Source: Octopus vulgaris (lineage: Eukaryota). From it: a stretch of DNA of 64,000 nucleotides. The notes beneath the pieces were generated by a model. It was not told where the DNA came from. It ran no database searches and was given only the letters and a program-made list of their open reading frames with translations. Position 1 is the stretch's first letter, and each line of letters starts with the position of its first letter. Positions 54,503 through 64,000 of the stretch are shown here, piece by piece. Where the stretch lies: contig OX597835.1 in the NCBI GenBank assembly GCA_951406725.2, positions 47,306,001 to 47,370,000 on the forward strand. The letters are read 5' to 3'. A program made the position numbers and the translations under genes.

Positions 54503-55325
54503 GTTAGTAATGTTTTGTCTTCTTTTTGCTTGTTTGTTTTTGTATCATCATCATCATCATCATAATGCGTAGGTTGTGGGCTACTTAAAAGTTCACTTCA
54601 CAACTGCATGGTTTCAGGTTCGATTCCACTGAGTGGAACTTGAGGTAGGTGTTTTCTGCTATAATCTTGTCCCAGCCAATTGCTTGTGGGGGAAATTGGT
54701 GGAAAAACTGCAAAAGCCCAGTGTGTGTGTGTGTGTACGCATGTGTGTGTGTGTGTGTAAGGCATGGCTGTGTGGTAAGAAGCATGCTTCCCAACCACAT
54801 GGCTCTGGGTTCAATCCCACTGTGTGGCATCTTGGGCAAGCGTCTTTTACTTTAGCCTTGGGCTGACCGAAACCTTGTGAGTGGATTTGGTAGAGGGAAA
54901 TTGAAAGAAGCCTGTTGGAATTTACACCTTCATTTATATTCCATGTAGTGTTAAAATGCAAGAAAGTAAAGAATTCAATGTAATTCCATAAATTCCACTT
55001 TTGGACTTAATATATTATACTTTGTGACTTGTTTATTTGCCTGGAATTTCCGTTTTTATGGACAGTTTTCATTAAGGTAAAACATCTGCTTGTATACACT
55101 CTCTTAGCCCTGGTATTCACAGTTCTGACTGAGGGCGCAGCTCTGATTTACTAATCTCTTATTTGTTGTGTGTGTGTGTGAGTGAGTGTGTGTGTGTGTG
55201 GTGTGTGTGATGAGCAGTGGTGATAGTAATAGTGATGATGATGATGATTGTAGTACTGCTACTGATGGTGGTGGAGATGATGGTGATGATGATGATTATG
55301 ATATGTAAAGTGTTGATGATGGTGA

Positions 55326-55356
<31 letters not shown>

Positions 55357-55377
55357 TATTATTATTAACTATTTCAG

Positions 55378-55464
55378 GAAGAAAAGGAAGTTCCTAGCCA
55401 GCCCTTCATACTGCAATTCAAAGGCACAGGTGAACAAAAGTACAATCCACAATCAATTCCGACA
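55378..55464 (+). CDS. TRMT2B: TRMT2B-like exon 3
   Basis: ctatttcAG / GTAAGC; KKRKFLASPSYCNSKAQVNKSTIHNQFR; phase 2 to 2. Confidence 0.65.
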
Positions 55465-56191
55465 GTAAGCTAATCAACTCATTAACTAATTAATTAATTT
55501 GAAATGAAATTGCCAAGTGTAGACATGAGTAACTGATTGTGTGGTTAAAGGGGCTGAACAGGGAAAGTGGTGGTGGTCGTGGTTTTTTGTTGTTGTTGTT
55601 GTTGAAGTTACAGCAGGTTAGTAATTCTGTTCAAAGTGATTGATGATTTATGATTTATGATAGAAATCGTCAACAACTGGCACTCTATCGGTTCCTGCAA
55701 CGAGGAATCCAGTTGATCCGATCAACAGAAGAATGGCCTGCTTGTGGAATTAACATGCAAGTGGCCGAGTGCTCCACAGACACATGCTTACCCATAATAC
55801 AGTTCTCAGGGAGATTGAGTGTGACATGGTGAGTGACAAGGTTGGCCCTTTTGAATTACTATTGACTTTTGCCAGTAGGGTAGACTGGAGGAAACATGTA
55901 ATGAAGTGTTTTGCTCAAGGATACAACATACTGCCAAGACTTGAACTCATGACTTTATGATTGTGAGCTGAATACTTTAACCGCTGAGCCATGTGCATTC
56001 ACAAACCAGCAACAGTAGGAGCCATGAGGGTAGAGTCCGAGGATCATAAAATTCCGATGGTAATCCAGGTGGAATGGTGGTAAAGTGGTTCAGGAGAGGT
56101 ATCAATGGTCCAAGAAGAGGGTAGGCGAGGAGATGAGGGTCCAAGAGAGGAGGAAATTCAGCCAGGAGGGATCAAAGTGGGGTAATATACT

Positions 56192-57305
56192 ATCATCATC
56201 ATCATTTAACGTTTGCTTTCCATGCTAGCATGGGTTTGGACAGTTTTACTGAGGACTGGTAAGTTAGGAGGCTGCACCAGGCTCCAATCTGATCTAGCAA
56301 GGTTTCTACAGATGGAGGCCCTTCCTAATGCCAACCACTCCGAGAGTATAGTGGGTGCTTTTTACATGCCACCGGCACGGGAGCCAGTCAGATAGTACTG
56401 GCATCGGTCATGCCAATGATTTCACTTGACTCAACAGATCTTCTTGAACATAGTTTACTCTTAAATGGGCCGGTTATGCTGCACTGGCATAGGCCACAGT
56501 TAAAATCTCACTTGGCTTGCCGGGTCTTCTCAAGCACAGTGTATCTCCAAAGGTCTCCATCGCTTATCATTACCTCTGTAAGGCCCAATATTCAAAGGTT
56601 GTGCTTCACCACCTCATCCCACGTCTTCCTGGGTCTACCTCTTCCACAGGTTCCCTCTACTGTTAAGGTGTGACACTTTTTCACACACCTGTCCTCATCC
56701 ATATGCAACGCATGACCATACCACTGTAGTCGTCTCTCTTGCACACAGCATCTGATGCTTCTTATGTCCAACTTTTCTCTCAGGACGCTTACTCTCTGTC
56801 GTGCATGCACACTGACATTACATATCCAGCAGAGCATACTAGCTTCATTTCTTGTAAGCTTACACATGTCCTTAGCATTCACAGCCCATGTTTCACTGCC
56901 ATGTAGCATGGCTGTTTGCACACAGGCATCATACAGTCTACCTTTCACTCTGAGCGAGAGGCCCTTTGTTGCCAGTAGAGGTAGGAGTTCTCTGAACTTT
57001 GCCCAGCCTATTCTTATTCTAGCAGCTACACTCTCAGAGCATCCACCCCCACTACTGACTTGGTCACCTAGGCAACAGAAGCTATCAGCTACTTCTAGTT
57101 GTTTCCCTTGGCATGTGACAGAAGCTGTTTTTTGCACATTTCAGTGTTTATTGCCCCTCTGCATCGGCCACACACAAAAACTATCTTCCCAGTTAGCTTT
57201 CCTTTGATATTACTGCACATCTTATGTGTCCATAGCTTACACCAGGTACATCTTATGGAGTTTCTACCTCTGCCTTTTCTACATATCAAACAGGGCCATC
57301 TACCA
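56192..57305 (-). mobile_element. RTE LINE 3' fragment
   Basis: ORF 56592-57137 RIRIGWAKFRELLPLL...LHGSETW...WYGH...GRGRPRKTW plus 3' UTR and (GAT)n tail. Confidence 0.9.
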
Positions 57306-58887
57306 CATATATGGTATATAAGCAGACAAGTGAACAGCCAAGCATGGCCTCCACGTCTGTTGTTTTGATTTATGATATATAGCCAGGTAAATGGCCAGGC
57401 TTCACTCCATCTCCTATATTTGTTGTTTCTTTCATTATTGATCCCAATTTCCTATGGCTGAGGATCATACTGCATTCTCTGATATTTTTTTTTTGTTTCT
57501 TACTCAATGAAGAACTAAAGACCGTAGGACCCTTTGAGGAATGGGAGGATGGAAAGAGATATCCACAAACTGGAGATCTGGCCCAAATACCTGCAACAGA
57601 ATGGACATTGTAAGGGTACCCCAAAGAACATGTAATGGTTGCAAACTGGATCATAGCTTGAGTCTGCTACTCATGTAGGTCACAGCAAGATTTGAACTCA
57701 GAACACAAAGAACCGGACCAAATACCACTAGGTATACCACCTAACACTGTAACATTACCATGTGTTTATTGCATGGCTTAGTGGTTAAGCTGTTGGACTC
57801 CTGATCGTAAGATTGTGGTTTCAATTCCTGGACTGGGTGATGCATTGTGTTCTTCAGCAAGACACTTCATTTCATGTTGCTTCAGTCCACTCATCTGGCA
57901 AAAATGAGTTACCCTGCGAGGGACTGGTGTCCCATCCATGTGGAGTAATATATATGATGGAGAAACTGGCCTTATGCTGCTTACAGAGTTATGTGAAGTA
58001 ACCCTATTGCCTAGACTTACGAGATATCTAGTGGGAGTTGGGGTATAAGTAGGGTGTATGGGGGTTTGTGTAGGTGTGTTGAATGGTGAGAGATGCTAGG
58101 ATAAGAGAGTAAGGGGTGGTGTATTGGAGGGAGAGAGAGAGAGAGAGTGAAGGAGAAAAAGGAAAGAGAAAGAGGGTCTCATGAAATTTTCTATGGCATC
58201 CCTTGTTAGATTGGAAACAAGGCACAGTGAACTGAAGGCATTCACTTCTCTCTTTAGTCACATATTAATAACAACAACAACAGCAATAATAAATGCCTTA
58301 ATGCAGTACCAGGCAGTAGCTCTCATGGCTTCTGATCTTAACTGATTGAAAGTGTTATCATGTACATTGATTTGTCTTGGTATAAAAGATGGGCTACAGC
58401 AAATATTCTGCTCAATACCACAGATTTGCTTGTCAGTTGTTTGACCTTAACCAGTTGATCATGTCGCTTAGTGGCTGACGATATGTGCATCTCTGATCAC
58501 AAGCAGAAGTAGTGGGGGAGCATCATAGCCATGTGTTGAGAGGGATTCTTTGGGGTTTGAATAATTCACCTCTGGAAACATGGGTGGTTCTTTCAACATC
58601 CTTAAACAACCCTTATTCAGGGACCGTTTGAGCGGGATGGGCTACTCAACCTGATGAAATTTCTAACTGGGCCCCACCTGCAAGGTCATGTGCTGTTTAT
58701 CTTGATATGAGATCACCATGTCGTGCACATATGGTTGTGATGCATGTGCCTGGTGTACCCTTATCAGACGGGTAGTCATGATGGGTATATTGGGCTTTGT
58801 ATATTTTACCCCAGTGTCACTTTGATGGCATGAACTGCTCTCTCACTCAATAATAATAATAATAATAATAATTATGATGATGACAAT

Positions 58888-59425
58888 CATCATCATCATC
58901 ATCATCATTTAACGTCCGCTTTCCATGCTAGCATGGGTTGGACGGTTCAACTGGGGTCTGGGGAGCCCGAAGGCTGCACCAGGCCAGTCAGATCTGGCAG
59001 TGTTTCTACAGCTGGATGCCCTTCCTAACGCCAACCACTCCGAGAGTGTAGTGGGTGATTTTATGTGCCACCGACACAGGTGCCAGACGAGGCTGGCGAA
59101 CGGCCACGCTCGGATGGTGTTTTTATGTGCCACCGACACAGGTGCCAGACGAAGCTGGCGAACGGCCACGCTCGGATGGTGTTTTTATGTGCCACCGACA
59201 CAGGTGCCAGACGAGGCTGACGAACGGCCACGATCGGATGGTGTTTCTTACGTGCCCACAGCACAGAGGCCAGTCGATGCGGTACTGGCTACGGCCACGT
59301 TCGGATGGTTTTCTTGTGTGCCACCGGCACTGGTACCACAAAGATACAAATTCCATTGATGTTCATCTATTTTGATTTGATTTGATTTGATTTTCACTTG
59401 CCTCAACAGGTCTTCACAAGTGTCA
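58888..59425 (-). mobile_element. RTE 3' UTR fragment with internal ~62-bp tandem repeats; near-identical copies at 6268-6521 and 27402-27653, related copies at 30955-31220, 33540-33958, 52210-52405
   Basis: shared aacgtccgctttccatgctagcatgggttggacgg...ctggatgcccttcctaacgccaaccac. Confidence 0.8.
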
Positions 59426-59429
59426 CGAC

Positions 59430-59460
<31 letters not shown>

Positions 59461-59468
59461 GTTATGTA

Positions 59469-59678
59469 AGGTGGCAAGCTGGCAGAATTGTTAGCATGCT
59501 GGACAAAATGCTTAGCAGTATTTCACCCGTCGCTATGTTCTGAGTTCAAATTCCACTGAGGTCGATTTTGCCTTTTGGGGTTGATAAATTAAGTACCAGT
59601 TATGTACTGGGGTCGATGTAATCAAATTTACCCCTCCCACTAAATTTCAGGCCTTGTGCCTATAGTAAAAAGGATTAT
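59469..59678 (+). mobile_element. Second tRNA-headed SINE family (copies 10236-10450 +, 19918-20130 +, 24755-24960 -, 29300-29505 -)
   Basis: gctggcagaatygttagc...gagttcaaattcc head, core ctttcatcctttcggggtcgataaaataagtaccag resembling the Meta-SINE core, (ATT)n-associated tail. Confidence 0.7.
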
Positions 59679-59719
59679 CATTATGATTTTTAATAACTTT
59701 TCTTCTCCCTTGTTTTCAG

Positions 59720-59774
59720 AGTTGCCCTTTCTGTGACCCCTTTATATATGATGTCCTACGATGCACAGTTAGAG
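59720..59774 (+). CDS. TRMT2B: TRMT2B-like exon 4
   Basis: ttgttttcAG / GTGAGA; VALSVTPLYMMSYDAQLE matches TRMT2 motif VVTPLW..SYEEQL. Confidence 0.85.
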
Positions 59775-61032
59775 GTGAGATTCCTGTATTTCCTTTTCCC
59801 TTCCACCTGTTTTTCTTCTTTTGATTGTTATTGTTTTGTTGTGCCCCATGGTGGCCCAAGTACTACAGACCAATAATAAAAGGCATTACAGCCATGACCA
59901 TTTCATCATTTTCCTTCCCCCACCATAAACGTAAATATATCTAGGACTACATTATCGAATGTGTCAGATCTGTTCTTAAGGCAACAGTGCTAGACTTAAT
60001 ATATGACCTTGTTTAACGCATAGAAATAGATGCCAACATGGCTGTGTGGATAAGACCTTTGCTTCCCAACCACATGGATCCAGGTTCACGCACACGATGC
60101 AGCAACTTGGGGAACTGACTTTTTTTTACAGCTTTGGGTCAGCTAAAGTGTTGTGAGTGGATTTGCCAGACGGAAACTGAAGGCAGCTCATTCTATCCTC
60201 CTCCTCCTCCTCCTCATCATCATTTTATGTCCGTTTTCCATTCGTGCAGGGATAGGAAGGGTTGATAGAATTCAACAGAGCAGAGGGCTACATCTCACTC
60301 CCCTGTCTCATTCCTAGCCTGGTCGCTAAGGCTCCGTGCTCCCTTCCTGACACGACTTACTTTAACAGAGTGGACTGGATGCATTTTTCATGGCACCCGT
60401 GCTGTAGGGGTTACTTTGTCATCTTTGTACCAAAGAGTGCACTGAAGCCATGCCTTGTCTCTGCTTCAATTCATTATTAATCCCTTACAAAGTGTTTGGG
60501 TGCTTTTCCTTGGTCTTACCAATGTTGGGCTTCCTTCCAGCTCGCAAAGTAAAAGAGAGCCCCTATAATGAAAGGAATAGCTTTTTTTTTTTGGTGGGAG
60601 AGGATGGTAATGGAAAGAATAACACTGTAACATGATTTTTGTCCTTGGGTGGTGACTGTTATTTCTTATTTACTTAACCCTAGAAAATATGAAAAACGAT
60701 TTATATAACCTTTACACTTTGCTTTTGCTGTATTCATTAAAATCTCAAAGAATCCCATCATGGCTATGATGCTTCTCCAATATTCCTGCTCATGGTCAGA
60801 GATGCACATATTGTCAGCCACCAAGGGACAGGCTTGGGTAGTTAAGGTCAAGCAACTGACAAGCAAATCTTTGGTATTAAGCAGAATATTTGCTATAACG
60901 ATATTTCTGCTGTAGCACCTTAATGCTGAATCTATCTGAAATCATCATCATCATCATTTAATGTCCACCTTCCATGCTATTATGGGTGGGACAGTTTGAC
61001 AAGAGCCAACCAGGCAGAAGACTTCTGTGACT

Positions 61033-61315
61033 GTTTTGGCAAGATTTTCACAGCCGGATGCCCTTCCTAACACCAACCACTTTACAGTGTGGACTGGGTA
61101 CTTTTCAAGTGGCACAAGCACAGGCGAGGTCAGTTTTGGCAAGGTTTCTACAGCTGGATGCCCTTCCTAACACCAACCACTTTACAGTGTGGACTGGGTA
61201 CTTTTTAAGTGGCACAAGCACAGGCGAGGTCAGTTTTGGCAAGGTTTCTACAGCTGGATGCCCTTCCGAACACCAACCACTTTACAGTGTGGACTGGGTA
61301 CTTTTTAAGTGGCAC
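61033..61315 (+). repeat. 100-bp tandem repeat (~2.8 copies) made from RTE 3' UTR sequence
   Basis: gttttggcaag...ggcgaggtca units at 61033, 61133, 61233. Confidence 0.9.
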
Positions 61316-62246
61316 CTGCACTGACAGGGTCACCAAGTACTTGCAAGACAAAAGAAAAAAAAAGTCAATTTCAAAACATCGGTGTCCAGGTCAGAAAAGC
61401 AAAGTTTGAAAGGAAGAGTGGTGATTTCCATTGATTTCTGGATAGAAGCAAATAAGAAATAACATTTTCTGGCCAAAGACAAAAAAAAGATAAAAATAAA
61501 AATTTTGTTAAAAATCAGTTGAGAAGTGAACATTTTAACCATAGGCATATGTAAGGGGAATAACTTCAATAAGAACAATTGATTGAAATTTGGGAGAATA
61601 ATTTTACTTAGGTTCTTCGGCCTACTATCATGTATTGAGAGACTAGGTATATTCAACCAGGTCATAATTCATTGTCTCAGTTAAAAATTAAAAAGCAGCG
61701 ATATAAGGGAGGTAACTCATGCAAGATCAATTTATCGAACTGTTTGCTTCATCGTTATCGTCAGCGTCATCATTTTCACTTCCATTTTTCTATACTTGCA
61801 TGGGTCAGACAAGAATTCATCAAGGCAGATTTTCTATGGAGGGAGTAAGTCGATGCTAGTGTTCAACTGGTGCTTGTTTTATCGACCCTGAAAGGATGAA
61901 AGGCAAAGTCAACCTCGGCTGGATTTGAACTCAAAAACTCAAAAACGAAGATGGACAAAATGCCTAGCAGCATTTCGTCTGGCCATTCTTGGGATTCTGA
62001 AAGGGTCACCACGTTGCCATAAAGAAATACTACCTTGCTTGGAAGCAGGAGAGTGTTGATGGAGGGAATGGCATCTGATTTTGGAAACTGTGCTCCTGCG
62101 AACCCTCAGACACATTGGGAAGGCGTTGGAAAGGCATAGCAGACATTAAAGCAATGGTGGTGGTGGTGGTGGTGGTGGTGGTGGTGGTGGTGCCGATGAT
62201 GATGATGATGATGATGATGTCTTTTCTTGTTTGTTCTTCATTGCAG

Positions 62247-62390
62247 TACAAGAACAGGGAAATCCAGGATGTCCTGCAGAAAATGATGAATCGTTTTGTC
62301 TGTTACCAGCAGTATCCTCTCTCAGACAAAATGATAGAAAACCTGAAGAACTTTCATCTGATGTGTCCACTGGAACCCTGTTTACCATCT
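62247..62390 (+). CDS. TRMT2B: TRMT2B-like exon 5
   Basis: cttcattgcAG / GTGAGT; YKNREIQDVLQKMMNRFV...HLMCPLEPCLPS (TRMT2 C.L.PI.PS). Confidence 0.85.
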
Positions 62391-62470
62391 GTGAGTGAAG
62401 GTTTTGATAATCATTGCTTGTAGAAATGAGGCGGGAAGATCTGTTTGATGGAAGTGGGACAGACTAAGAA

Positions 62471-62523
<53 letters not shown>

Positions 62524-62536
62524 TATATAATATATC

Positions 62537-62572
<36 letters not shown>

Positions 62573-62789
62573 GTGTATACATATGTATATATGGCGATTT
62601 ATTTCATCATCATCATCGTAACGTCCCTTTCTCCGGATCTTTCCTTCTCCTATGTTTCCGACGAAGAGCTCTGCTTGAAACGTTAAACCCCCGTCTTCCC
62701 TTCCTTCCTGAGCGTCCAAGTGTAGTATATATTTATTTGTTCCACATCCTCACGTTGTTGTATATATATTTTGTGTTTTCTTATTTGGA

Positions 62790-62823
<34 letters not shown>

Positions 62824-62952
62824 TGTATAAAAGTTGAATGTGGGTTCGTCCTTTAATTTGGAAGTTTCCAAAAATGATTTCTAATGTTGATTCTTCATAC
62901 TTTGCTGGGAATTTACAGGCGTAAATTTGTGAAGATATGAAAGTAGCATTTG

Positions 62953-63127
62953 TATATAATATATGGTGAATTTATGAAATGGAGTCCCATAAAACTCATC
63001 AATTTTAGTTAAAAACTGAGCAGACAGGTTGTTAAAATATATTTTAACAACTTATCTCCTCCATTTTTTAACTAAAATTGATGAGTTTTATGGGACTTCA
63101 TTTCATAAATTCACCATATATTATATA
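62953..63127. repeat. Spacer-less palindrome, ~87-bp arms
   Basis: tatataatatatggtgaatttatgaaat...gttgttaaaata|tattttaacaac...atttcataaattcaccatatattatata. Confidence 0.9.
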
Positions 63128-63160
63128 TATATATATATGTATGTATATATATATACACGC

Positions 63161-63761
63161 CACTAAAGTGAACAAGGGCACTAATCAGCACCAGTGTTGC
63201 TAGAAATAAGAGTCAAACCAAATGAATAGCCACAGATAGCATTTGTTAATGAGCTGACAAGGGAGACAACCTCCCTGTGGTTGCAGCTATCGAGTTGTTT
63301 TGACTCCTATTTCTAGCAATACTGGTGCTGATTAGTGCCCTTACTCTTTTACTTGTTTCAGTCATTTGACTGCGGCCATGCTGGAGCACCGCCTTTTTTA
63401 GTCAAGCAAATCGACCCCGGGACTTATTCTTTGTAAGCCCAGTACTTATTCTATTGCTCCCTTTTGCCGAACCGCTAAGTGACGGCAACGTAAACACACC
63501 AGCATTGGTTGTCAAGCAATGCTAGGGGGACAAACACAGACACACAAACACACACATACATATATATATATATATACACATATACGACAGGCTTCTTTCA
63601 GTTTCCGTCTACCAAATCCACTCACAAGGCATTGGTCGGCCCGAGGCTATAGCAGAAGACACTTGCCCAAGATGCCATGCAGTGGGACTGAACCCAGAAC
63701 CATATCGTTGGTTAGCAAGCTACTTACCACACAGCCACTCTTGCCCTTGTTCACTTTAGTG
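63161..63761. mobile_element. Foldback MITE interrupted by a SINE
   Basis: left arm cactaaagtgaacaagggcactaatcagcaccag; right arm split by SINE 63343-63741 with tgccctt repeated at 63336-63342 and 63742-63748. Confidence 0.85.
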
Positions 63762-63890
63762 ACAAATATGATGATGATAATGAAGATTTAACTTGTAAAA
63801 TTGCAAATTAACCACCCATATTGTGTGTGTGTGTGTGTATCTAAAAACGCTGATGAATCGATTTCAGATTTTTTTGTTTTGTTTTTGCAG

Positions 63891-63981
63891 CCTGTTATCA
63901 ATGGGTATCGTTCCAAAGATGAGGTCACAACCGGAAAAGGGGTCGATAACAATGTGGCAGTCGGACTCACTGTCGGAAAAG
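63891..63981 (+). CDS. TRMT2B: TRMT2B-like exon 6 (gene continues beyond window)
   Basis: gtttttgcAG / GTAATC; PVINGYRSKDEVTTGKGVDNNVAVGLTVGK matches TRMT2 PVINGYRNK...G.DG...VG. Confidence 0.88.
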
Positions 63982-64000
63982 GTAATCCTCTCATTTATCC

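Noticed and set aside
57505-57610. Exon-like stretch ELKTVGPFEEWEDGKRYPQTGDLAQIPATEWT with GTAAGG
   Set aside because: No convincing acceptor, no TRMT2 similarity, and the flanking exons already join in phase; cannot be excluded as a cryptic exon

Overview
AT-rich, microsatellite-laden eukaryotic DNA. The repeat set (tRNA-headed CORE-type SINEs, RTE LINE tails ending in (GAT)n, mariners) looks like an Octopus or other coleoid cephalopod genome; this is an inference. Three spliced genes were assembled by hand with phase-consistent GT-AG junctions. (1) A + strand SPFH/Band-7 gene (5' end before the window; exons 1318-14477) whose last coding exon is duplicated at 20764-21001. (2) A complete MEAF6/Eaf6 on the - strand (39029 to 26026, 7 coding exons). 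(3) The 5' part of a + strand TRMT2B-like tRNA m5U methyltransferase with a probable mitochondrial presequence (from 50011, running off the end). Almost all long ORFs in the supplied track are microsatellite or decayed-transposon artefacts. The most striking unexplained signal is about ten type-I hammerhead-ribozyme-like motifs (CUGANGA...GAAAC-[0-10 nt]-GUH) from several short element families, many beside (TA)n tracts. They include a tRNA-headed element with a hammerhead and an inverted terminal copy, and a 372-bp foldback carrying a hammerhead in each arm. Several other long near-perfect palindromes lie close to exons.
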